A DNA stretch of 64,000 nucleotides from an uncultured bacterium (GCA_905214265.1 CAJMLQ010000002.1:8182-72181); one strand, 5' to 3'; numbered from the stretch's first letter, positions 19,951 through 28,930 are shown. Notes: generated by a model from the letters alone, not told the origin. Made by a program: numbers and translations.

Positions 19951-20083
19951 GCGACAATCCACAAAAATTTTTTGAAAAATAGTATACAATATTTCTCTAA
20001 AATGATTTGTCGAAAAAATCTTCCATTCCAGCAAAAAGAAAACCCCCGCCAATCAAAATCGGCAGGAGATTCCTTTGGGAAAA

Positions 20084-20118
20084 GGTTATGGTGTTGCTGA
20101 GAATAGTTTACCATAACC
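20084..20118 (-). terminator. Candidate terminator downstream of the GRE gene
   Basis: 9-bp stem GGTTATGGT / ACCATAACC, followed on the minus strand by TTTT (20080-20083). A second weaker hairpin plus T-run lies at ~20029-20066. Confidence 0.45.
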
Positions 20119-20224
20119 AGCCGGATGTTTCTGTTGAAATCTGTCGAAGGGAAACATTTTGCAGTTTTGCCAAGAAAGAATTCCCGGAATGACAGAACAT
20201 GCAAATGCGGCCTGGACAAAGAAG

Positions 20225-22369
20225 TCAAAAGCCGTTTAAAAACCGGTCTACGATCAATTGACGGAATTCTGGCGATAGCGTGGCAAAGTAGGCCGTAAAG
20301 CCGGTCACCCGGACGACTAGGTCGGGATAGAGATCGGGGTTTTTATGAGCAGCCAGCAGCTTTTCCCCATCCAGAACATTGATATTGATCAGTGTCCCGC
20401 CCAGTTCAAAGTGGGTGCGAATGAGTTCCATCACCCGCTGGACGCCGCCATCCTCTCTGGAGATCTGAGGATCAAATTCCAGTTGGAGGGGAGCCGTGTT
20501 CCCGTAGCCGGGCTGAACCCCCGCGATTCCAGTGGACATGGCCGTGACTGCGCCATCCCGGCGGAAACCGGGGTTGGGGTTTGCACCATGTGAGATGGGC
20601 GCGCCTGCCTTCCGGCCGTTGGGCGTTGCGCCGACGACGGAACCGAACTCAATGGTTTGCGACCAGGAGAACCATCCCGGGATAAGCTGGCGCTTTCCGG
20701 GCATGGGCTGAGCCTTGACCAGTTGGGTGAACACCTGGGTGATGCGCTTGGCCCAGCCGTCGGAGAGGCTTCCGCCTTGGCAGTACCGGTTAGAAGAAGA
20801 GAGCATGAGACGGATGCGTTCTCCGGCAGCACCGGCAAAATCCTGTTCCAGTGCGGCGAAAAGCTCGGACCAGGTCAAACGGCCTTCTTTTTCAATGCGC
20901 TGCTCCATGGCACCGAAGGAGTCGGCGGCTACTGCCAGCCCCGCACCGTCCACTCCGACAGTGAATAGGTCGGCGCACTGGGTGATGTCCTTCCCCTGCT
21001 CCAGTGTGTTGTGCATCATCAGGTTCATGACCAGCTCTGGCGTGACCTCCCATTGATGGTCCAAATGAAGATTGATCCCGGCGGCGGTAACCTCCACCGC
21101 TCTCTTCAGGTGAGCGGAGAACCGGCAGAACAGCTCTTCGCAAGAGGGATTCGGTGACTTTTTCATCTCCTTGAGAGCAACTTCCAGCACCTTGGCCACG
21201 TTGATTTTCACGGTGTCGTTCATGGGGCATTCCCGGCCGGGGACGCACATCCAGTGGCACCCCACCGCAATGCGGCTGCGGGCGGTAGCCTCGTCAAAGC
21301 CGTTTTTCATGTAGCCCTGGGACAGCGGCAGATCTCCGCAGAAGCGGGGCCATCCATTGCGGTCCTCAAAAAGATATTCTATCGCCTTGCGGAGAAATTC
21401 CGGATCACAGTCAGGGTGGACCCGCACCGTCAGATTGACGGCGATATTCAGGGAGTGGGCCGCTTCTAGAATGAGATAGGAAAACGGGTTGGTGATATCG
21501 CGCCCCTGTTCGTCGATGCCGGAGATCTGATAGTAATGAGGATCGATGAGCAATAGATTGGCCACCAGGAATCGGGCGGTATCCTGGTCCAGTATGCCTG
21601 CTGCTAGATCCTGTTCGTAATAGGGCAGCAAAAGCTGGTCCAGCTGAAATCCGGCCCCGTCCCGGGTGTAGATACGGGACACGCAGTTAAAATAGGCCAC
21701 CCACTGGCAGGTCTGCCAGAAGGTTTTGGGTGGATTTGAGAGGATCGCCTCATTGGCTTCCAGCATTTTTTGAAGGCTTTCCCGCAGCTCCGGACGCTCC
21801 TCAGTGGTTATAAGCCGCTGGATTTCCGCGATGTGCCGCCGGATAAAGCCCATGATTGAGAGGAGAACCCGTTCCTCCGCCTGGTAAAAGCCGTCGGGGT
21901 CGCCATTTTGGTCCCGGCAGCGCCGGACCTTTTCCAGCAGCCCGCCAAAGCCCAGCGAAAGGCCGATGCGATAATCGCAGGCCAGATGCGCGTCATTTTC
22001 AATGCCGGAGGAAATGTTGTAAAGCTCCTGCTCCGGCTTCAGACCGTCATAAGGGAAGCGCTGCTTATCCCAGCGCCGACCTCGCCGGTAGTTGGCCAGC
22101 ATATCCCGCCAGCGGCAGCAAAGCCGCTCCAAAGGGTCCACATAGACCGGGTGCTGGTCCAACAGGGCGCAGAAATTGTCCGCCATTCCCTGATACCCGT
22201 AGAATCCGCCGTCCGGGTTGTTGGGGATCGGGGTAAACGAGTAGCCCGGCGGGAAGGGAACCGTCCCGTAATCGTCGGCGTTCATATAGCCCTGCTGCTC
22301 CCGTTTGGCCAAGGTGTGGGCGATTTTCTTTTCCCGAAGGAGTCGGAGCCGATCTGTATCCGTCAACAT
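20225..22369 (-). CDS. Glycyl radical enzyme (PFL-fold), uncharacterised subtype
   Basis: C-terminal glycyl-radical motif VVRVTGFTAYF (Gly690). ATPNGRKAGAPISHG finger. Thiyl-Cys loop RIAVGCHWMCVPG (Cys371). ATG 22369 overlaps the activase stop by 7 nt. 714 aa. Confidence 0.9.
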   Translation of the reverse strand: MLTDTDRLRLLREKKIAHTLAKREQQGYMNADDYGTVPFPPGYSFTPIPNNPDGGFYGYQGMADNFCALLDQHPVYVDPLERLCCRWRDMLANYRRGRRWDKQRFPYDGLKPEQELYNISSGIENDAHLACDYRIGLSLGFGGLLEKVRRCRDQNGDPDGFYQAEERVLLSIMGFIRRHIAEIQRLITTEERPELRESLQKMLEANEAILSNPPKTFWQTCQWVAYFNCVSRIYTRDGAGFQLDQLLLPYYEQDLAAGILDQDTARFLVANLLLIDPHYYQISGIDEQGRDITNPFSYLILEAAHSLNIAVNLTVRVHPDCDPEFLRKAIEYLFEDRNGWPRFCGDLPLSQGYMKNGFDEATARSRIAVGCHWMCVPGRECPMNDTVKINVAKVLEVALKEMKKSPNPSCEELFCRFSAHLKRAVEVTAAGINLHLDHQWEVTPELVMNLMMHNTLEQGKDITQCADLFTVGVDGAGLAVAADSFGAMEQRIEKEGRLTWSELFAALEQDFAGAAGERIRLMLSSSNRYCQGGSLSDGWAKRITQVFTQLVKAQPMPGKRQLIPGWFSWSQTIEFGSVVGATPNGRKAGAPISHGANPNPGFRRDGAVTAMSTGIAGVQPGYGNTAPLQLEFDPQISREDGGVQRVMELIRTHFELGGTLININVLDGEKLLAAHKNPDLYPDLVVRVTGFTAYFATLSPEFRQLIVDRFLNGF

Positions 22370-23178
22370 GTTGTCACAACCTTTCCTGCAATGCGTACGG
22401 GAAACCCAGCGGCGCGGGCCAGCCATCCCATGGTTTCCGCGGAGGGAATTTCATACCGTGGCTCCTCTATCCCGGCGGCCGCCGCCTTTTGAAGTCCTAA
22501 GGGATGATAGGGGAGCAACTCATAGTAGCGCAGATGGGAAAGCCCCTGCGCAAAGCCTGCAATCGCCCCGATCTCTTCCGGTGTGTCGTTGACCCCGGGG
22601 ATGACGGGCGTGCGGAGAACCAGGGGAATCCCCAATTCGTCCAGCCGGCGAAGATTTTCCAGAATCAGTTGGTTGGATACGCCGGTGACCTCACGGTGTA
22701 GGTTGTCGTCCCAGACCTTCAAATCGGCCATGACCAGCCCGCACTGGCGTAGGACCGGCTCCGCCGTCTTCCAAGGCGCGAAAAGGGACGTTTCTACAGC
22801 CGTAGAGATTCCTTCGCCCCGGCAGGCCGCCAGAAGCTCCCGGGAAAAATCCGCCTGAAAGAGCGGTTCTCCGCCGGAAAGGGTCATTCCGCCGCCGTCG
22901 CCGTAGTAGGGCCGGTCCCGGCAGATCTCATCCAAAACCTCTTCCACCGTCATCTCCCGGCCGCAGACGACCTGTGCCCCGGAAAAGCAGCCGCTCTCAC
23001 ACTGGCCGCAGCCGATGCACCGTTCCGGATAGCGCAGGATCTGGGGTTTCGGGTCGATGCACTCGGGATTGTGGCACCACTGGCAGTGCAGGGGACAACC
23101 CTTGCAGAACACCGTCGTCCGCAGGCCCGGTCCGTCGTGGACGGAGGCCCGCTGGATGTCTGCGATGATCCCATTCAT
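22363..23178 (-). CDS. Glycyl-radical enzyme activating enzyme (radical SAM)
   Basis: CPLHCQWCHNPE radical-SAM cluster plus a ferredoxin-like CIGCGQCESGC insert. RBS GGAGGTGGAG before ATG 23178. The track's 23265 start is a TTG extension. Confidence 0.9.
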   Translation of the reverse strand: MNGIIADIQRASVHDGPGLRTTVFCKGCPLHCQWCHNPECIDPKPQILRYPERCIGCGQCESGCFSGAQVVCGREMTVEEVLDEICRDRPYYGDGGGMTLSGGEPLFQADFSRELLAACRGEGISTAVETSLFAPWKTAEPVLRQCGLVMADLKVWDDNLHREVTGVSNQLILENLRRLDELGIPLVLRTPVIPGVNDTPEEIGAIAGFAQGLSHLRYYELLPYHPLGLQKAAAAGIEEPRYEIPSAETMGWLARAAGFPVRIAGKVVTTC

Positions 23179-23236
23179 GACTCCACCTCCAAAAAGAACT
23201 TGAGAAAAGCCGGCGCTCGGGCGTCCCTCCGAGTCC

Positions 23237-23265
23237 AATATAACATTCCGCTCCTGTGCCTGCAA
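23237..23265 (-). promoter_or_regulatory. Candidate internal promoter for activase and GRE (TTGCAG-17-TGtTATATT)
   Basis: On the minus strand, TTGCAG (23265-23260), 17-nt spacer, extended -10 TGTTATATT (TATATT = 23242-23237). Located in the 166-nt gap after the fourth oxidoreductase gene. Confidence 0.4.
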
Positions 23266-23344
23266 TGGGCGGAATAGAATCGGACTGTGCCGGAAGGAAT
23301 CTTTGTGCCGCCGGTGCGGTTTTTCCCATGATGCGCGGATTTCC

Positions 23345-24457
23345 TTATGGCAATACGCTCTCCACCGGTTCCTCCCGGCCGCTGCGGGCGGAGGCCATGG
23401 CCGCGTCCAGCAGGGCCAGCACCTGGACGTTTTGCTCCAGCGTGACGGTGGGATGGAAAGGCGTGCCCTCCATCCGGTGGGCCGCGTAGTGCCAAGCCAT
23501 GTTGCGGAATCGGTCCGGCAGCTCCAGGACCGGGATCTCCAGGGGATTCCCCAGCCGATCCACCGCTCGGAGCCGGAGTCCGCCGTTTTCCCGGACGTAA
23601 AAGATCACCCCGTCCCGGCAGAAGACGGTGGGTCCTCCAGGGATCGCCGCCTGCGGGACGGTCCAGGTCCCTTCCGCCGTGGTCATGGCGTGAGGATAGC
23701 GGATCAGAAGGGCCACATTGTCGGGACAATCGGCCTCCGGCGTGCCCAAGTTCATGGCCAGAGCCCGGACGCCGCAGGCTGGTTCCGGCTGGAACCAGCG
23801 GCTGTACATGCAGCCGTAGCAGCCGATATCCAGAAACGCGCCGCCGCCGTACCGGGCGTTGTACCACCAGGTGTGGGCCCGCTGCTCCGGCGTCATCTCC
23901 TCCGCGGCGGCGGAGACGCCCCGATGCCGGGCACCGGTCCCCAGGGGACCGGTGTGGCCGTTTAAGTAGGAGAGCTTCAGAAGCGGCCCGGCGGTTTCCA
24001 GCTCCAGGGCCTGCTTCAGCTGATGCCCCGTGGGCCGCCAGGTGGTAGGCCAGTTGACCACCGCCTCGATGCCGGTCTCCTGGACGATTTTCCGGATGCG
24101 GAGGGCTTCGGAGAGGGAAGCGGCCATGGGCTTCTCGATGCAGACATCGACTCCCCGGCAGGCGCATTGCTCTACGGCCGCCGGTTTTCCGGCGTTGTCG
24201 GTGAGGATGTAGGCAATGTCCGGCTTCACGGTGTCCAGCAGCTCCTCCACTGTGGCAAAATAGGGAACCTGATAGGTCTCGCAGACATTTCTCCGGTTCC
24301 AGGCTCGGGTGTAGCGGCCCTGAGTCTGCTCCTCCAGCTCCAGAGGAATATCGGTGCAGCCGGCAAGCTCGGTGTCCGGCTGCTCGGAGAGATAAAGAGC
24401 GATTTCATTGACATGCATGTGGGCGAACCCGATAATGACAGCTTTAATGGGCTTCAT
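23345..24457 (-). CDS. Gfo/Idh/MocA-family oxidoreductase (paralog 4, degenerate dinucleotide loop)
   Basis: N-terminus KAVIIGFAHMHVN in place of GxGxxG/A. IEKP motif. Overlaps the upstream gene by 14 nt. Confidence 0.8.
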   Translation of the reverse strand: MKPIKAVIIGFAHMHVNEIALYLSEQPDTELAGCTDIPLELEEQTQGRYTRAWNRRNVCETYQVPYFATVEELLDTVKPDIAYILTDNAGKPAAVEQCACRGVDVCIEKPMAASLSEALRIRKIVQETGIEAVVNWPTTWRPTGHQLKQALELETAGPLLKLSYLNGHTGPLGTGARHRGVSAAAEEMTPEQRAHTWWYNARYGGGAFLDIGCYGCMYSRWFQPEPACGVRALAMNLGTPEADCPDNVALLIRYPHAMTTAEGTWTVPQAAIPGGPTVFCRDGVIFYVRENGGLRLRAVDRLGNPLEIPVLELPDRFRNMAWHYAAHRMEGTPFHPTVTLEQNVQVLALLDAAMASARSGREEPVESVLP

Positions 24458-25577
24458 AGTGCTTCAACTCCTCCGCGCGGACCTCCCGGCCTTCTTCTGC
24501 CGAGCGGTAGTAGCATTCGATGGCCTTGCTGACCTCCAGGTTTTGCTCCGGCGTGATAAGGTACTCCGCCTTCCCGGCCAGAACGTCCAGAATGTGCTCA
24601 TACATGTACCAGTGCTGTTCAAAGGGCGTACCCTTGTACGCGCCGTTGTCGAACCATTTCATGGCGGTTTCGGACTGGAATTTCCCCACGTTGCGGTAAA
24701 GAGTCTCCCCATTGACGGACAAGCCGCCCCGGTCGCCGCAGATAACCATATTCAAGTTGGTGGTGGGGAGGTTGACGGCCCACGAAAACTTGAAATTGAC
24801 GGTGAAGCCCCCTTCCAGCCGGAGAAAACCGGTGGAAAACTCCTCCACGGAAAACTCTGCCGGATCATAGGGCCGGGGGGTGAAGGTGCCGCTGTAAGCA
24901 CCGCTTTCCGCGATGCTGATAAGGACCTCATCTCCGCGGTTGGCGATCTTCCGGTAAGCCGCACCGCTGACTGCCTGGACCTTGGGGCTTCCCACGATCC
25001 ACAGCAGGGAGTCGATGAGATGGACGCCCAGATCGCAGAAGGGCCCGCCGAAATTGTGCTCCTTCATGTGGAACATCCCCCAGGTGGGAATGCCACAGCG
25101 GCGGATGAAGGAGATGTCGGAGAAATAGGGTGTTCCCAGTTCCCCGCTGTCCACCAGGTATTTGGACTGCTGCATGTAGTTGCGCCAGCGCATGCACTGG
25201 CAGGGGAAGAGCCGCTTTCCGCAGGCGGCGGCCACGGCGAACATTTCCTCCGCGTCAGCCAGAGAAACGGCCATTGGCTTTTCGCAGGCCACGTCCGCCC
25301 CGGCACGGAGGGCAGCTAGGGTCCACTGCTTGTGGTAAACGTTTGGTGTGCAGACCGAAACAAAGTCCGGCTTCAGTTCGTCGAGCATTTTTTGAGGATC
25401 GGTGTACCATTTGGGAATATCATGGCGCTTGGCGGTTTCTTCCGCCGCCTCCGGCCGGATATCCGCGATGCCGATGACTTCTGCCAGTCCCTTTTTGCGG
25501 AGGTTGCCGATGGCGGGGAGATGGGCGGCGTTGGCGATCATCCCCGCGCCGATGAGTGCGATCCGGAGCTTTTTCAT
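24444..25577 (-). CDS. Gfo/Idh/MocA-family oxidoreductase (paralog 3, canonical)
   Basis: RIALIGAGMIANAAHLP Rossmann start and CEKP motif. ATGA overlap with the upstream gene. Confidence 0.85.
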   Translation of the reverse strand: MKKLRIALIGAGMIANAAHLPAIGNLRKKGLAEVIGIADIRPEAAEETAKRHDIPKWYTDPQKMLDELKPDFVSVCTPNVYHKQWTLAALRAGADVACEKPMAVSLADAEEMFAVAAACGKRLFPCQCMRWRNYMQQSKYLVDSGELGTPYFSDISFIRRCGIPTWGMFHMKEHNFGGPFCDLGVHLIDSLLWIVGSPKVQAVSGAAYRKIANRGDEVLISIAESGAYSGTFTPRPYDPAEFSVEEFSTGFLRLEGGFTVNFKFSWAVNLPTTNLNMVICGDRGGLSVNGETLYRNVGKFQSETAMKWFDNGAYKGTPFEQHWYMYEHILDVLAGKAEYLITPEQNLEVSKAIECYYRSAEEGREVRAEELKHYEAH

Positions 25578-26647
25578 GCAGGTTCCTCCTCAAATGGATT
25601 TCGGACAGCCTCCGTCCGGCCGCTTTCGCAGGAGCGGATGCCGGCGTCCAGGGCGGCCTGGACCTTCAGATTGAAGGCGGGTTCCACCAGTTCGAAAAGG
25701 GGCGTTCCTTTTCCCAGGTGGTCTAAAAAATTGCGTCCGATGTTGTCTCCCGATACCGTGTCGTATTCCTCATCTGGTTGGGTGAAGCCGTGGGAGGCCC
25801 CGCGGTAGACCCGGACGGTGCTGGAATGGCGGTCGGCGACGATGGTTCCCTCCGTTCCGTAGATCACCGGGCCGGAAGGGATTTCCCCGCTGTTGAAGGT
25901 GGACCAGGAACCCTCAAGGAATCCCACGGAATCGCCAAAGTCTAGCAAGAAAGCAGAGTAGTCTTCCACATCGCTGAAGGGGACGAGAAAATTCTTGCGC
26001 ATACCGCTGACTCGCTTCGCCATCCCCCCCAGAAACCAGGTGGTGAGTAGGCAACCGTACCCGGCGTAATCCATAATGGAGCCACCGCCCCGGCTGTGCT
26101 GGTACCACCAGTGCTGGGAGAGCTCCTCCTGCTGGCCGTAGGAGAAGGGCCCGGTGGTGGCGGGGCTGCGGTAGTGGCAGCGCAGAGGACGGCCGATCTT
26201 TCCGGCGGCGACCAGCTCTCGGGCTTTTCGGAAGGAGCCGAACCAGGCCACCGGCCAATTGACGGCCAGCGCCGCGCCGGAGGCCCTGGCCGCCCGGCAC
26301 ATGGCAAGCCCGTCCTCCAGGGAGAAGGCCATGGGTTTCTCCACAACAACGTGGATACCACGGGAGAGAAGCTCACAGACTACCTCTCCGTGGCTCCGGA
26401 CATCGCTGCACACAAGGGCGATGTCCGGCCCTTGCGCCAGCAGATCCCGGTAATCGGCATAAAGCCTTGGGGGATCCGGGACGTTCATGCTCAGAGCCAT
26501 TCGTTTCTCCGGCCCCTCCGGGTGGAAAGGCGGCATGTCGGCGCAGCCCAACCACTCCACCTCGTCCAGATACCGGTTAAAGTCGTGGTACAGGATCTGC
26601 GCATGGACATGGGCCAGGCCAATGACGGCAATTTTCCATTTTTTCAT
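25574..26647 (-). CDS. Gfo/Idh/MocA-family oxidoreductase (paralog 2, degenerate dinucleotide loop)
   Basis: KIAVIGLAHVHAQ N-terminus and VEKP motif. RBS AGGAGGAAC. Confidence 0.8.
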   Translation of the reverse strand: MKKWKIAVIGLAHVHAQILYHDFNRYLDEVEWLGCADMPPFHPEGPEKRMALSMNVPDPPRLYADYRDLLAQGPDIALVCSDVRSHGEVVCELLSRGIHVVVEKPMAFSLEDGLAMCRAARASGAALAVNWPVAWFGSFRKARELVAAGKIGRPLRCHYRSPATTGPFSYGQQEELSQHWWYQHSRGGGSIMDYAGYGCLLTTWFLGGMAKRVSGMRKNFLVPFSDVEDYSAFLLDFGDSVGFLEGSWSTFNSGEIPSGPVIYGTEGTIVADRHSSTVRVYRGASHGFTQPDEEYDTVSGDNIGRNFLDHLGKGTPLFELVEPAFNLKVQAALDAGIRSCESGRTEAVRNPFEEEPA

Positions 26648-26659
26648 AGCAGTTCCTCC

Positions 26660-27757
26660 TTAAAAAAATGTTTTGAGGGAAACCAGTCCGCCGGTCTGAA
26701 TGGCCTCGGGAATGGCGCACATGATCTCGATGACGTGGCGGGCCTGCTCCGGGGAGAGAAGGGGGTCTGTGTCCGTTTCGATGGCCCGGATGATGTCCGC
26801 CAGACAACAGCACTGAGTAAAATGAGCCGGACGGGTGCTTTTCACCCAGGTCTGTGGCTCCATCCATCCGCGGAGGCCCAGCTGGGGAGAGTCGATGTAG
26901 ACTTTGGGATTGGGCCAGACGCCGTTGTGGGGTTCAAAGGAGATGGTGCCCCGATCGCCGTAGATCTCCATGGGGACGCAGCGGGTGGCGCGCTGGGTGA
27001 AGCCGGTGTCCACGAAGCCGATGCGGTCGCCGCCGAAATCCAGGGTGATGTAGTAGGTGTCTGGCATCTGGTCAGTGCGGATCACCTGGCCGTCCAGAGC
27101 CCCGGAACGGATGGTGCGGGTCTTGAGGGCGTTGGCGGCCATGCAGCCCACCCGCTTGGCTGGACCCATGACGCCGGTGACCTTGTGAAGGGCGTGGACC
27201 CCCATGTCGTAAAGGGCGCCGGCCCCGGGCTGGTAAAACCAGGAGGGATCGGAATCTCGGTACTGGAAGTACTCCGGCCCACCATGGGTGGATACGCATT
27301 TGACCGAGAGTACATCGCCGATGGCCCCGTCGGCGATCATCTGTTTGGCCATGAGCATGTCAGGGGTCATCATGTGGATGGGGACGCAGCAGAATTTCAC
27401 CCCGGCTTTTTTCGCGGCCTCCATCTGCTGGGTCATCTGCTCGACCGTGGGAGCGGCGGGTTTCTGGGAAATCAGGTGCTTTCCAGCCTGCAGCACCGCC
27501 ATATTGATCTCATGGTGGGCTGGGATCGAGGCTGCGTCGATGGCAATGTCGAATTCACCCCAGTCAAGAAGCTCCTCCACACTGGAAAACCACCGGGGAA
27601 TACCGTACTTCTCCGCCGCGTCCCGGGCCCGTTCCGGGATGATGTCACAGGCGGCGGCGCACTCCGCGTTGGCCGTCTGGGCGATGTGGGGAAAATACTG
27701 CCAGTTTGCGAAAGAGCCGCTGCCGATGACTGCGACCCGCCATTTGCGCTGTTCCAT
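26660..27757 (-). CDS. Gfo/Idh/MocA-family oxidoreductase (paralog 1, canonical)
   Basis: RVAVIGSGSFANW Rossmann start and SQKP motif. RBS GAAGGAGGAAAAA. First gene of the leftward unit. Confidence 0.85.
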   Translation of the reverse strand: MEQRKWRVAVIGSGSFANWQYFPHIAQTANAECAAACDIIPERARDAAEKYGIPRWFSSVEELLDWGEFDIAIDAASIPAHHEINMAVLQAGKHLISQKPAAPTVEQMTQQMEAAKKAGVKFCCVPIHMMTPDMLMAKQMIADGAIGDVLSVKCVSTHGGPEYFQYRDSDPSWFYQPGAGALYDMGVHALHKVTGVMGPAKRVGCMAANALKTRTIRSGALDGQVIRTDQMPDTYYITLDFGGDRIGFVDTGFTQRATRCVPMEIYGDRGTISFEPHNGVWPNPKVYIDSPQLGLRGWMEPQTWVKSTRPAHFTQCCCLADIIRAIETDTDPLLSPEQARHVIEIMCAIPEAIQTGGLVSLKTFF

Positions 27758-27786
27758 AATTTTTCCTCCTTCAGACGCTTTTTCTG

Positions 27787-27815
27787 TTTACAATCATAGC
27801 GCAGAGGATTATAAT
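27787..27815 (+). promoter_or_regulatory. Candidate promoter of the AraC regulator (TTTACA-17-TATAAT)
   Basis: TTTACA 27787-27792, 17-nt spacer, TATAAT 27810-27815. The -10 sits in the palindrome ATTATAAT, which also reads TATAAT on the minus strand. Confidence 0.45.
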
Positions 27816-27871
27816 TGAAAATAAACAAAGCAGCCGGATCGATGCACAATCTGAACATAGGGGGGACTGCG

Positions 27872-28819
27872 ATGCTTTTTCGCCTCAGTCTGGAGCGCCC
27901 GCTTCTTGTCCGGGACTTCTACAAGATTCGCCGCAACACCGTCTGGAGCCAGGCGGACCAAAATCACATTCTGGTGGCGGTCACAGAGGGGGAATGTATC
28001 TTCACCATCGAAGGGGAGGACTATCCGGTGGGTCGGGGAGGTCTTTTCTTTATCCCTGCCAACCAGCTTTACCGGCGCAGGCCCAAGGACGGCGCGGTCT
28101 GCGAGTTTTTTTACGTCCATTTTTCAGCGGAGGCTCCGGTGGAGGCCGTGGGGGAAGAGGTCCCTCTGGAACAGGCAAGGCGGCTCCGATCGGAGATTTT
28201 TGCTGACCTGACCCGCAGCGACTACCGGACGTCGGTCCTCTCCACCGATGCATTTTTGGCATATTCCAATTATGCCGGGGAGTACACGGACGACGTCCTG
28301 AACCAGCTGGAGGCGGCGCTGGCGGAGGTACTCCGGGGGGACGTGGAGAGCTCTATGCTGATTTCCCTGCGGGTCTCCCTGGTCCTGGCCCTGTTGACCC
28401 GGTGCTGTTTCAACAGCCTGCTCTCCGGGGAAAGCACCGCTGTGGACGGCCGGTACCCCGCCCGTATCAAAAAAGCGCTGTTGTATATCCGTCAAAATTA
28501 CACCCGGAAGATCACCCTGGAGGAGCTGAGCCGGTACTGCAGCGTCACGCCTCAGCATTTGGCACGCCTTTTCCGTGAGGAGCTTCAGATTTCACCCATC
28601 CAGTACATCAACCGGCTGAAAATCTCCTATTCCAAGGAGCTACTGCGCACCACCAGCCTCTCAGTTAAGGAGGTGGCTGATCATCTGGGGTTCGAGAACG
28701 CCTCCTATTTCAGCCGGTTGTTTCATAAGCTGGAGGGTATTTATCCCACGGATTTTCGCCTGCGGCTGGCTGTTTATCAGGATACCGACCGGCTTCTCCG
28801 CCGGAAGGATGAGGACTGA
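27872..28819 (+). CDS. AraC-family transcriptional regulator with N-terminal cupin sensor domain
   Basis: Cupin segment ILVAVTEGECIFTIEGEDYPVGRGGLFFIPANQLY. C-terminal HTH LEELSRYCSVTPQHLARLFRE...VADHLGFENASYFSRLFHKLEGIYPTDF. ATG 27872 follows a G-rich RBS. 27815 and 27842 are alternative starts. Confidence 0.85.
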   Translation: MLFRLSLERPLLVRDFYKIRRNTVWSQADQNHILVAVTEGECIFTIEGEDYPVGRGGLFFIPANQLYRRRPKDGAVCEFFYVHFSAEAPVEAVGEEVPLEQARRLRSEIFADLTRSDYRTSVLSTDAFLAYSNYAGEYTDDVLNQLEAALAEVLRGDVESSMLISLRVSLVLALLTRCCFNSLLSGESTAVDGRYPARIKKALLYIRQNYTRKITLEELSRYCSVTPQHLARLFREELQISPIQYINRLKISYSKELLRTTSLSVKEVADHLGFENASYFSRLFHKLEGIYPTDFRLRLAVYQDTDRLLRRKDED

Positions 28820-28930
28820 ATGTTTCAATTGTGTATTTTTGCGCAAAAATCGCACATTGCAAAGATGGACTTGGTTCAGTATAATTAGGGCAGACTGCCG
28901 GATAGAATGTCCGGCTATGGAGGTGCTGAA

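Noticed and set aside
19951-20083. AT-rich 130-nt spacer with TTGAAA and TATACA-like boxes between convergent operons, considered as a hidden promoter or sRNA
   Set aside because: No properly spaced -35/-10 pair, no downstream ORF or conserved structure. It is flanked by terminators of both neighbours, so it is most simply spacer DNA.
26096-27799. 567-aa plus-strand ORF, the longest of many long antisense ORFs in the track (others include 28661-30325, 16571-17884, 62045-63334, 38789-40120, 53471-54538, 47472-48956, 44427-45683)
   Set aside because: Each lies exactly opposite a gene with clear family motifs. Their translations are Arg/Gly/Pro/His-rich and low in complexity, with no recognisable domain or RBS. 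These are typical shadow ORFs of high-G+C coding DNA.
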